NCBI GenBank assembly: GCA_018970425.1
Contig: JAGWWK010000002.1
Span: 7,891 to 71,890 of the forward strand
From: Patescibacteria group bacterium
GTDB lineage: Bacteria; Patescibacteriota; Minisyncoccia; Phycocordibacterales; Phycocordibacteraceae
Length of the DNA: 64,000 bases
Direction of reading: 5' to 3'
Every line of letters starts with the position of its first letter. Positions within the stretch are counted from its first letter, which is position 1. This document shows positions 47,501 to 55,827 of the stretch, piece after piece. The notes beneath the pieces were generated by a model that was given only the letters and a program-made list of their open reading frames with translations, did no database searches and had not been told where the DNA came from. Made by a program: the position numbers and the translations under genes.

Positions 47501-48907
47501 ACCGCCCGCACCCGAGCATGAAATAGAGTAGGTCTTAGTAGCAGTCGGCGAAATAGTTACGGAACCTGTAGTTGCCCCACCAGTAGAAAAGTTGGTACCG
47601 GTGCAGCTTGTTGCGTTTGTCGAAGACCACGTAAGAATTGTGTTTTGACCCGATGACACACTGGTCGGATTCGCTGCAAGCGATGCCGTGACCGCTGGTC
47701 CGTATGAGATGAGTGTTGCGTCAAACGATGTTGTGGAGCAACGCGGCTCGGCTCCTCCAGTGCAACTTTGTCCGCCAGCATTTGGCGCAGTGGTCTGTGT
47801 ACCGGTAAACGCGGAGCAGGTAAACGATGTGCTGAAGTCATCGGTATATGTTCGCGTTGTGCAGCAGCTTGCATTCTGCGATGTGCAGTACGAAACACAT
47901 GAGTTCGTCGTATACGCTGCACTACCCACAAGCGTGCCGCCCGTACACATGCTATCGCTTACTTCTTGTGTGCTGTATGCCGCCGATACCGTCACGGTCA
48001 CACTTGCAGTTTGGGTTCCACCAGGACCCGTACAGCTTACGGTATATGTTGTTGTCGAACTCGGTGACACACTTTGAGTACCCGAGACCTGGTTGCCAGT
48101 AGAGAAGCCAGTTCCAGTGCAGCTCGTTGCGTTAGCAGAACCCCACGTGAGCGTCACAGACTGTCCTCCAGTGATCGAGGTTGCCGATGCGGTCAACGAG
48201 GCGGTCGGTTGCGCCGGAGCACTTGCGGTAATTGCGCTCCAAGCGCCGCAATTGTTGTTTTCATTTGATTCAACTACGGATCCTGCGGAGCTTGCGGAAC
48301 TTTTATCCGCGCACGCGCGAACGTACCAAACCTGCGCGGACGGAAATGTGTACGAGAATGATGCCGTCGCCGATCCATTTGCGGCGAGTGCCGCAATCGT
48401 CATGGTGCCAATATCAGTCGCGCTCGCGCCCGCGGCAGAGGTGCCGCGCTGAAAAAGTACTGTTGCGCTTGGGCTTGCCGCAGTCCCAATGTTGGAAATC
48501 GTGGCCGACAGCGCTACGGGTGATCCTACTGTTGCAGCGCTCGGAGAGACGCCCCCCGCGGTAAGGTCAGGTTGAGGCGATGCGTATGTTAATAGATAGG
48601 CGGTGTAGTTTAAGCGCGCTGTATTAGAAACTGCGGTTGTCTGGGTTGTAGTACGTGCGGTGCAGGTCGATGAAACATACGATCCTTCAATATCATATGA
48701 GCTGAGCACACCACAGCACGTGGCAGAGAGCGCACCGCAGTACGGTACACACTCGGATGGGTCGTATACAGTAGTCTGACCGACAAGCGGAGCTGTCGAG
48801 AGACACCGAGCCCCGTCTTGAACTGACGCAATCGTATACGCGCTCGCAGAGCTAGCGATGAGGAATGTGGCTACAGCGACAGCAACTATTCCTAATACTT
48901 TACTCAT
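44510..48907 (-). CDS. large secreted Cys/Thr/Ser-rich surface protein (CARDB and Ig-like repeats, poly-Gly linker, DxDxDG module)
   Basis: Signal peptide MSKVLGIVAVAVATFLIASSASA; CARDB-like CAD...E.NENNNC; LTW.S.NATSC repeats; CQDGIDNNGNGLVD. Confidence 0.85.
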   Translation of the reverse strand: MSKVLGIVAVAVATFLIASSASAYTIASVQDGARCLSTAPLVGQTTVYDPSECVPYCGALSATCCGVLSSYDIEGSYVSSTCTARTTTQTTAVSNTARLNYTAYLLTYASPQPDLTAGGVSPSAATVGSPVALSATISNIGTAASPSATVLFQRGTSAAGASATDIGTMTIAALAANGSATASFSYTFPSAQVWYVRACADKSSASSAGSVVESNENNNCGAWSAITASAPAQPTASLTASATSITGGQSVTLTWGSANATSCTGTGFSTGNQVSGTQSVSPSSTTTYTVSCTGPGGTQTASVTVTVSAAYSTQEVSDSMCTGGTLVGSAAYTTNSCVSYCTSQNASCCTTRTYTDDFSTSFTCSAFTGTQTTAPNAGGQSCTGGAEPRCSTTSFDATLISYGPAVTASLAANPTSVSSGQNTILTWSSTNATSCTGTNFSTGGATTGSVTISPTATKTYSISCSGAGGTATASRTVTVNVFTVSCSASPNPVTVGQSVSWTSAVSGGSGSYTYSWSGTDDVYGTQATVAKTYTTTGEKVATLTVQSGSASIAAACTGDPCQQSSCICSGSGCGVIVQEGVSTDVTASLPSILGVLLPLGEIRFSANVQNIGNNSISKVFSNRFQVDIGADGSYDVLLDTGGSTGTELQLEYGRTCTTGSLLRTESFTLFGAGDLDSTVRTLCTQLSSPGQCCGASVIYSTDSSGGGGGGGGGGGGGGGGGGGTNLVATNRLVASIADALSLGSYTIGVSVYSNPTTSTCPSGSTCFAGTWRSVTGTQYDVPYGGVAGVTSPVWSPVPLGSHRVRMCADSPTSQLSEINENNNCGPDYSFTVTGFDLVGGATGVESGELVGGKQVRFFGTITNEPPAFAAGGQCQATVALAAQGGCSITLSEQEVRWSTSGATVVSSVRPLTSGSPTIPASGSSNQVIVSPGESGFFSSTAVKQDMQTNGGISFPETVKGTRSASATQTTLDRVCALITGRADATAYTWGARNWSTCGSSSNLSYDGSIWRSLSGCTGPYLSDTLSCRYAGTPYALSGSYTFPTRLAAGVHTYALTSNRCIGTDVNSSVALQGGMQCSGGTLVASDNDIQDGVGFGFGTESIQSACEAITPLNGCCSVEVREHVGPTGQPFNTYYTYRAFTGATLVQRDSYTTGYGGMNQKNYNFFAGFNRSACSDTCGATITIPNQGAKCSLTASPSIITAGQSASLAWSAPGAATFTIDRGIGSVTPATQGTRSVSPTETTTYTGTFTENLSSYAFSGSAPVAFQIDIGSNGSTDVTLTGPTLTGLAPQASVQSISEAWTAVPGAHRVRICANTPLGTPEGNTANNCGAWYAVTIATPTQCQDGIDNNGNGLVDTEDPACSSGTDTTEESNVPAALSLSASRSAVRLGGSVTLSWSAADVVKNSCRLTSSRGASWTLAGESGSQETGAIPGETTYTLSCRSMQSGQTVSVSTSVKLAPRYEER
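46739..46795 (-). repeat. GGN trinucleotide tract encoding 19 Gly
   Basis: Run of ccg/cct/tcc on plus strand, 57 bp. Confidence 0.95.
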
Positions 48908-49757
48908 ATCGCCACGCATGAAGTTCAATAAATCCAGGGGCTTCGCCGACAACTCGCTCTGCCCCGCTCACGAGGTCGACTAGGGTGAGGGTCGTGGTCT
49001 CAAGATCGCCGTACGCGCTCAGAAGGTACCTCCCGTCAGGAGAAAAGACAAGACTGTGAGACGCAAATGACGGCGTCAGAAGTATAGGGACAAAAAAACC
49101 ATTTTCATTTCTGAATACCTGCAGTGAACGGTCTGCGGAGGCAACCCAGGCGACTCGTTGCCCGTCTTGCGAGACAGTGAAGGGTGTTGTTTCGGTAACA
49201 GGTACCGGACTTTCAACAAGGACGACAGGCGGCGTATCCGCGTATGAGAGCAGAAGAATACCTTTTTCTGTAAGCGCAATCGTGCGCTGCGTACCGGTTG
49301 GGAATGCGTTAAATCCCGTACCCACATCAAGTCGATCGCCGTGCGTAACGGCGCGCGAGACAACCCACGTCCCAGATGCTGACTGCGTTGCAAATGCGAT
49401 ACTGCGCCCATCTTTTGACCACTGCGGCGCTTTCACAACCCCATCGGAGAGCAGCACCTCCGTTCTTCTTCCACGCTGAAGCACCGCAAGCGCTACTCCC
49501 CCCGGCATGCGCTCGACCTGTGCTAATGTATCGGGCTCCGTAGAGGGTACCGCCGCGAGCACACGCGGCTCGGGGCGCAGCAAAAGCTCAGCGCCAAGTG
49601 GTGAAAGTGTTAGTTCTCCAGCTCTAACCGCCCCATCTGTGGCGATCTGCGAAATCGCAACCGCTCCGCGCAGAGGGCCAATGAAAAAAATAATGATGCT
49701 CGCGAGCGAAGCAAATCCTAAAACAATAGCGCCGCCCAAGACTACGCTGCGGTCCAT
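48900..49757 (-). CDS. membrane-anchored beta-propeller-like (TolB/PD40-like) protein
   Basis: N-terminal TM; WSKDGRSIAF, VSQDGQRVAW, FSPDGRYL; 8-nt overlap with next gene. Confidence 0.75.
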   Translation of the reverse strand: MDRSVVLGGAIVLGFASLASIIIFFIGPLRGAVAISQIATDGAVRAGELTLSPLGAELLLRPEPRVLAAVPSTEPDTLAQVERMPGGVALAVLQRGRRTEVLLSDGVVKAPQWSKDGRSIAFATQSASGTWVVSRAVTHGDRLDVGTGFNAFPTGTQRTIALTEKGILLLSYADTPPVVLVESPVPVTETTPFTVSQDGQRVAWVASADRSLQVFRNENGFFVPILLTPSFASHSLVFSPDGRYLLSAYGDLETTTLTLVDLVSGAERVVGEAPGFIELHAWRYE

Positions 49758-49790
49758 GCGCGTATTGTAACACTTGCACTACTCTCGTTT

Positions 49791-51638
49791 TTAGATTTCC
49801 TCAAATGATGGTGCGATCCTGCAGTCGACTGCTTTAGACACCACGCGTCCATCAAGCGCGGTGCACGAGAGCGTATAGCGAGCAGTTTGTGCAAGTCCTG
49901 GTGTAACAACTACAGACGTTGCGATATTTCCATTAACGGCGGGGATAGTACGGGTGAGGCCGGTTCCTTGTAGAGAGCATGAGCGCACCGCACGCGCCGC
50001 AAATGTAATAGAGCATTGCTCATTCTTTTTAATCAGTGGTGGGTTGATAGTGAGGACGAGCTCTGCAGGTGGCGCCGCCTCAAGTGTATCAGCAAGCGAC
50101 TCGCAGAACGGGTCATCCGGCCAATCGGCAAGTCCGTCACCATTGTTATCGACGCCATCTGCGCACTGCGCGAGAGCGGTCGCTGCGCTTCCCTCAGACA
50201 TGTCAGTTTCTGACGTACACCCTGGGTCTAACCTGTCGACGAGTCCGTCGCTGTCATTGTCTACGCCATCCGCGCACTGCGCTGGCGCAATACGTACCTG
50301 GGTATCGCACGAAACCGTACGAGAAAGCCCGGTAGTCACCCCTCCGCCGATGCACTGCGTACCTACAATTCCCGCCACTGAGCTACATGAGTACTCTCTC
50401 AAACATTTTCTACCGACAGAGTACTTGGGCTCTGTCGGTGAGGGTGAACCTCCACGAAAGACTGTAATAGACCAGAATGAATTGGGCGGATATCCAGCAC
50501 CCAGCGGATTACCGGACTCCTGTACCCACTGGCAGCAGTCTCCGTTTCGTGCCCCCGCCTCAATACATTTATCCACAAAGTAATTTGGCGGCTGGAGGCC
50601 GAGCTGCACAGCATCTTCCATTTCGGCAATTCTTCCGACTTGCGTTCCGCCTGAACAGCTCTGTCCCCCAACATCTATTTTAGGCACTGCCGTTTGTCCT
50701 GCCGGACATTGCCCGGGCTCGACTGCGCTTGCGTACCGTGCACCACCAATCATCGCCGCAACCTGTAGCACTCGGTCAAGCAACGACACCTGTGCAGAGG
50801 GTACAACACTTACAGTAAGTGATGCGCTTTTAAGACCCTCAGTACGGTACTGGGTGAGCGTTTGACGGTCCGTACCTGAAAGGCCGTCAGTGCCCGTCCA
50901 CTGATATGAGTAGGTGCCCTGCGGGCCAGACACTGCTGCCACCCACAGCACACTTTCACCTATCGATGCTCTTGATGGGTACGCACTGCACGAGACCGAC
51001 AAGCTCGGACTTGGAACAATCACGACCACTGTGGTTTTCGAGGACGCAACACCTCCTGGACTCGTACACGTGACTGAATACGTTGTATCAACTTGCGGAG
51101 CTACAAGTGCAGATCCCCGTGGCGCATTGCCAGTAGAAAAATTAGTGCCCGTGCAATTCGTCGCATTTGAATTCCACGTAAGTAGCGTTGAACTCCCAAC
51201 AAGAACCTGCTGCGGATTTGCAACAATCGACGCAGTGATTGCCGAGCTTGAAAGTCCCGCAAGGTATTTCCCCTGCTCTCCCGGAAGAGTACCTGATGGT
51301 CGATCTGTTGCCGAGTAAGGCGGAAAGCCGCTTGCAAGCGTTCCGCCAGCATAGATAGTGTAGTCAAAAATGGTGTAGCTCTGCGATGGTGTAACTGAAG
51401 CCGCATTTGTTCGCACATGCACAGAGCAACAGCCGCCCGGCGGTGTTTGAGCTCCGCATTCTGCTTGTGCTACTGCCTGCGCTCCATTGAAGATAGCAAA
51501 TCCACCTCCGTCTTGGAGATCGGAAAAAGCCGCGACAAGAGTACCTCCGGTGCACTGGGATGCATCAGTAAGAGTCATCGCAAAAGCGGGCGCCGCGAAC
51601 GTGAACATCATGAGCGAGAGCGCAAGTGAGTACCTCAT
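49791..51638 (-). CDS. secreted Cys-rich surface protein, paralogue of 44510-48907
   Basis: Signal peptide; CTGGTLV modules; Y.W.GTD PKD-like segment; two CADGVDN.DG modules; shared C-terminal domain. Confidence 0.85.
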   Translation of the reverse strand: MRYSLALSLMMFTFAAPAFAMTLTDASQCTGGTLVAAFSDLQDGGGFAIFNGAQAVAQAECGAQTPPGGCCSVHVRTNAASVTPSQSYTIFDYTIYAGGTLASGFPPYSATDRPSGTLPGEQGKYLAGLSSSAITASIVANPQQVLVGSSTLLTWNSNATNCTGTNFSTGNAPRGSALVAPQVDTTYSVTCTSPGGVASSKTTVVVIVPSPSLSVSCSAYPSRASIGESVLWVAAVSGPQGTYSYQWTGTDGLSGTDRQTLTQYRTEGLKSASLTVSVVPSAQVSLLDRVLQVAAMIGGARYASAVEPGQCPAGQTAVPKIDVGGQSCSGGTQVGRIAEMEDAVQLGLQPPNYFVDKCIEAGARNGDCCQWVQESGNPLGAGYPPNSFWSITVFRGGSPSPTEPKYSVGRKCLREYSCSSVAGIVGTQCIGGGVTTGLSRTVSCDTQVRIAPAQCADGVDNDSDGLVDRLDPGCTSETDMSEGSAATALAQCADGVDNNGDGLADWPDDPFCESLADTLEAAPPAELVLTINPPLIKKNEQCSITFAARAVRSCSLQGTGLTRTIPAVNGNIATSVVVTPGLAQTARYTLSCTALDGRVVSKAVDCRIAPSFEEI

Positions 51639-51640
51639 AG

Positions 51641-52267
51641 CTACGGAAGTAAAGTTACTAATCCAGTAAATGTCGCAATCGTCGTTGGCTCTCGGCCTAC
51701 GTCGATCCGATACACGGTAGTCGCATTTGCGTCTATAACGGCGGCAAGCAACGTACCAGTCTGTTCAGTAAATGCGAGTGAACTTGGCCGAATTTCAGGA
51801 ATGACGGCAACCGGCTGGTAGGCACCGTTCTGATCTGCAAAGATCTGGAGCGAACCGTCGGCCGGATTCCTCCAGGCGATGCGGGCACCCTCTTGCCAAA
51901 CTGCAAACGGCGTCCGAGGATTGGCGGGGACGGCAGATGCAAGGAGGAGTGTAAGCGGTCCTGTACTCGATCCGACACGCTTCACAAGCCCCATCGGAGC
52001 AATGCTAACGACTGAACCGTCGCTCAGACGGACAAACGTCAACAGCTCATCTTGCGCCGCGGTGGTATCAGGCGTAATGGCACCCGATTGCGTATCAATC
52101 GTGAAAACTGCTGCACCAGCTTCCGTTCGCTGTATGAGACGTGCGCTTTCGCTGCTTGGTCGAACTGAGGAGAGTGTTACCGCCGCAGTCACCACCGCAA
52201 GTGTAATAAGATAAAACAGAGCGTTTCCCCACATGCGCGCACGAGGAGAATGAGAAAGAATAGTCAT
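51641..52267 (-). CDS. membrane-anchored partial propeller protein, paralogue of 48900-49757
   Basis: TPFAVWQEGARIAWRNPADGSLQIF versus TPFTVSQDGQRVAWVASADRSLQVF. Confidence 0.75.
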   Translation of the reverse strand: MTILSHSPRARMWGNALFYLITLAVVTAAVTLSSVRPSSESARLIQRTEAGAAVFTIDTQSGAITPDTTAAQDELLTFVRLSDGSVVSIAPMGLVKRVGSSTGPLTLLLASAVPANPRTPFAVWQEGARIAWRNPADGSLQIFADQNGAYQPVAVIPEIRPSSLAFTEQTGTLLAAVIDANATTVYRIDVGREPTTIATFTGLVTLLP

Positions 52268-52318
52268 TACTCAAAGCGTACCACGGCACACACCAGTGAT
52301 TTTAATTTTCCACGGATG

Positions 52319-53677
52319 TTAGTTGTCTCGCAAGAACTCTATATTATTTTGAAACGCTTCGCGCTTTTTTATAACCGAATCGCCGTAGGTATAGTTGATG
52401 GGGCGTCGTGAATCGCACGCTCGCCCTGAGTAGTACCTACATGCGGCATTGCGTTCAGCAGTGTACGTCCCTCCGGCGGCACCCACATCCGCCAAGTACA
52501 GTGCGGTAGCCATGATTGCCTGTTCCGCGTCCCAGGGATTGGCCGCGCTGAGCCCAAGGGCAACTTTAATACGTTCTTCATAAAGGACCCATGTAGACGG
52601 AATGAATTGTGACGGCCCCATCGCTCCACCAAATCCACGGCTCGCGGTATACCGCGCGCCAAGCGGGCACGAGACTGGCGTTGTTGCCCAGGCCATGCCA
52701 AGCGCGGCAGTTATTCGCTCAAACGGTTGTGTGTCGCGTGGAGACTTCATCACTTGTTCGAATCGTCGCCCTGTATTTTTCCCAACCCCATCACCGCTCG
52801 CGAGATCCGTGACGAGGCACGAACCTACGTTCTTGCCTAGATCTGACTCTTGGGAAAGGATGGCGAGAACGAGCGCTGCGCGTACGCCTGTTTTTTGCTC
52901 AGCGGTCACAGCGTGCCTCAGTGCTGTGCCGAATGAAATACCTTCCGCGTCACGGAGCGGGAACAATGCACTTCGTATCTCTTCTGCCTTGCGCTGGCGC
53001 TCTGCAAGCACTGACGCGTATGCTCGCTCTTGGTTTTGCGTAATAGATAAAAGCTTCTTCTTCTCTTCCTGATTTGTTGCGATCTGGGAACGCGTCTGCT
53101 CGACATCGTATCGAGCGTCGATTTCAAGATTTCTTTTTTCAGCGAGCGCGGCTTTCTCACTCTCAGTAAGCTCTTTAACCGTGCGTACCTCTACAAATTT
53201 CTTTTCAAGATCGCGCCTTACTACAGCGATTCGCTCAATGTCGCCATACAGATCCGTGAACGAGTCCGAGCCAAGCAAGAACTCCGCAAAGGTGCGATCA
53301 TCGATTTCTCGTTGAAGCCTCAGCAGTTCCGCTAGTGACACTCGCCCGCGCGCTAATGTATCTTCATACTCAGAAATCTTTTCAGTTTTCTCTGCAATCT
53401 CATCAGACAGACGGGTTATCGTTACCGATCGCTGGCGCAACTCCGCTTCGGCTTTCTTGATAAGCGCATTGAGCCCCGTAACATCGCCCTGCAGGGTGCG
53501 TTTTTTCTCCCGAGTTTCATCAAGAACTTTTTGCCACTCTACTATCTCAGCCTGAATTTTTTCATACTCTGCTTGAAGGCGTACTTTATCAGCCTCGCTC
53601 AACATGGCGTGCGCTGGTGGCACCGCGAGAAAAAAAACTAAACATCCGAAAAAAAGACACACAAAAAAGGCCCGCAT
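52319..53677 (-). CDS. coiled-coil lytic murein transglycosylase (SLT_2/MltB-like catalytic domain)
   Basis: Signal peptide, long coiled coil, AIL.QESDLG, GAMGPSQFIPSTW, A.YL. Confidence 0.85.
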   Translation of the reverse strand: MRAFFVCLFFGCLVFFLAVPPAHAMLSEADKVRLQAEYEKIQAEIVEWQKVLDETREKKRTLQGDVTGLNALIKKAEAELRQRSVTITRLSDEIAEKTEKISEYEDTLARGRVSLAELLRLQREIDDRTFAEFLLGSDSFTDLYGDIERIAVVRRDLEKKFVEVRTVKELTESEKAALAEKRNLEIDARYDVEQTRSQIATNQEEKKKLLSITQNQERAYASVLAERQRKAEEIRSALFPLRDAEGISFGTALRHAVTAEQKTGVRAALVLAILSQESDLGKNVGSCLVTDLASGDGVGKNTGRRFEQVMKSPRDTQPFERITAALGMAWATTPVSCPLGARYTASRGFGGAMGPSQFIPSTWVLYEERIKVALGLSAANPWDAEQAIMATALYLADVGAAGGTYTAERNAACRYYSGRACDSRRPINYTYGDSVIKKREAFQNNIEFLRDN

Positions 53678-53716
53678 GGGGCCAGTATACCAAGCGCGTG
53701 CGCTATGCGCTTCGGG

Positions 53717-54361
53717 TTATGCGCCTTGCGCCTCCTCTTCTTCCTTCTTCCCTCGCTCAACAGCGTCACCAATCTGAGACATGTCCACTGTGACGGGCGT
53801 TGCTTCGACTTCTTCTTCCTGTGCGAGAGCGGCGATAGCAATAATCTCTTCAGGATCTGCAGCAAGCGTGACGCCTTGCGGCAATACAATATCTCGTGCA
53901 AGTATCTGATCGCCGACTGATGCGAGCTTTGAAATATCGACTGAGAGCTCGTGCGGAAGATTCATCGGGTCTGCTTCAACTGCGATTTCATGCATCGTCT
54001 TCACAAGGTTCGCACCAGCCTTCACCGCAGCTGACTCACCATCAAACGAAAGCGGTATGTTAACCTCCACTTTTTGACCCTTTACGATAGCGTAGAAATC
54101 GGCATGGCGCGGAATGCCTGTTACCGGATCGCGGTCAATGTCGTGAATGAGAACTGGCACTCTAGCACCGTCTACCTGCACCGTCACCACCGTCGACTCG
54201 CCAGCAGATTTAAAGACTTTCTGAAACTCACGCTGGTTTACCGAAATAGACATTGGTTCAGCCTTTGGTCCATAGACTACCGCAGGCATCTTACCGGTAG
54301 CGCGCAACGCTGAAAGCGCTTTGCCGGTCTCAGTTCGCTTGATGGCCTGAATCTCAATCAT
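53717..54361 (-). CDS. rplY: 50S ribosomal protein L25/Ctc
   Basis: LR..GKMPAVVYG, HADFY, C-terminal Ctc domain. Confidence 0.95.
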   Translation of the reverse strand: MIEIQAIKRTETGKALSALRATGKMPAVVYGPKAEPMSISVNQREFQKVFKSAGESTVVTVQVDGARVPVLIHDIDRDPVTGIPRHADFYAIVKGQKVEVNIPLSFDGESAAVKAGANLVKTMHEIAVEADPMNLPHELSVDISKLASVGDQILARDIVLPQGVTLAADPEEIIAIAALAQEEEVEATPVTVDMSQIGDAVERGKKEEEEAQGA

Positions 54362-54423
54362 GTCGCCCTACTATACCTGACCTCTGCCCTCTTGCCAAGA
54401 GGCCTCAGCGGTTTGAACTCAGC

Positions 54424-55821
54424 TCACACCGTCAGCACAAGGAGCATGTTGGTCGAGCCGGATGCACCGAACTTTGCCCCTGCGGTGACCGCGATACGGT
54501 CGCCCGGCTCCGCAATCCCGTACGTGCGCACAAATGCAGGAATCTTGGCGAGAGCAGAGCCAAAATCGGTTATAGGCTCTACTTTAAATGGATACACTCC
54601 GCGCACGAGCGCAAGCTTTTCTAGCACAGTATCGTGTGGCGTGAGCGCAATGATCGGGCAGTCGGGCTTGAATCGTGCGACGCGCTGCGCGGTTACGCCG
54701 CGCTCGGTGAGGGCAATGATTGCTTTCGCGCCGACATCACGAGCCACATGATAGACCGACTCAGCGATACTGTCTGGTACAGAACTTGGATGTGCGGTTG
54801 GACGCTGCATACTATGCTCGATCGTCGATGCAACTCGACACATGGTGGCAACTGCTTCAACCGCATATGTCCCAAGCGCGCTCTCTTCAGAAAGCATTAC
54901 AGCATCGGCGCCGTCATACACTGCAGTCGCGATGTCTGAGACCTCGGCACGCGTCGGTATTGGCGCATGGATCATCGATTCCAGCATCTGAGTCGCGATA
55001 ATAACGGGCTTACCCAGCTCATTTGCTTTTTTAATGATTCGTTTTTGGTAGATAGGAACCATCTCCGCAGGCACTTCAATAGCAAGATCGCCGCGTGCGA
55101 CCATAACACCGTCCGCCTCAGCAAGTATCTCGTCGAGGTTTTCAATCGACTCCATAGTCTCTATTTTCGCAATGACCGGTAGTACACCGCCCGCTTCTCG
55201 TATCAACTCTTTAAGTTCTACAACATCTTGAGCGCGTCGAACGAACGAGAGCGCAATATAGTCCGCTCCATGTGACACCGCAAATGTAATATCTGACCGA
55301 TCTTTGTCAGTGATCGTTTCTATGGAAAGATACGCACCGGGAATATTTACTCCTCGGCGTGACTTCAATTCTCCGCCAACTATGACACGGCAAGTGATGT
55401 CGTGACCGTCAATGCGTATGACCTCAAGTCGCTTCTTACCGTCATCAAGCATAATTACGGTACCTGGAGCGACTTCGGATGCCAGACGCTCATAATTCAC
55501 ATATATTCGCGACTCATCTCCGGTGCACGGTACTGTCGTAAGCACAAGCGTCGACTCCGGCACGATAGTAATACGGTCAGTTACATATTCACCCGTTCGT
55601 ATTTTCGGGCCTGAGAGATCGACAAGAATTGGTACTGGTGCTCCATGTTCATTTTCTGCCTCGCGTATTCGCTGTATGCGGAGCGCATGCTCCTCATGCG
55701 ATCCGTGACTCATATTGAGTCGCGCTGCGTTCATCCCATGACTCAGCAGAGCACGGAGAGCACGCGGAGACTCACTCGCCGGTCCGATTGTCGCGACGAT
55801 CTTTGTACGCTTAGCAAACAT
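54424..55821 (-). CDS. pyk: pyruvate kinase
   Basis: TKIVATIGPAS, RLNMSHG, AKIE, MVARGDL, ATQMLESM. Confidence 0.97.
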   Translation of the reverse strand: MFAKRTKIVATIGPASESPRALRALLSHGMNAARLNMSHGSHEEHALRIQRIREAENEHGAPVPILVDLSGPKIRTGEYVTDRITIVPESTLVLTTVPCTGDESRIYVNYERLASEVAPGTVIMLDDGKKRLEVIRIDGHDITCRVIVGGELKSRRGVNIPGAYLSIETITDKDRSDITFAVSHGADYIALSFVRRAQDVVELKELIREAGGVLPVIAKIETMESIENLDEILAEADGVMVARGDLAIEVPAEMVPIYQKRIIKKANELGKPVIIATQMLESMIHAPIPTRAEVSDIATAVYDGADAVMLSEESALGTYAVEAVATMCRVASTIEHSMQRPTAHPSSVPDSIAESVYHVARDVGAKAIIALTERGVTAQRVARFKPDCPIIALTPHDTVLEKLALVRGVYPFKVEPITDFGSALAKIPAFVRTYGIAEPGDRIAVTAGAKFGASGSTNMLLVLTV

Positions 55822-55827
55822 AGAGCG

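Noticed and set aside
44510-51638. Diversity-generating retroelement target or template repeats in the surface proteins
   Set aside because: No reverse transcriptase in the window and no near-identical nucleotide repeat pair differing at adenines was seen.
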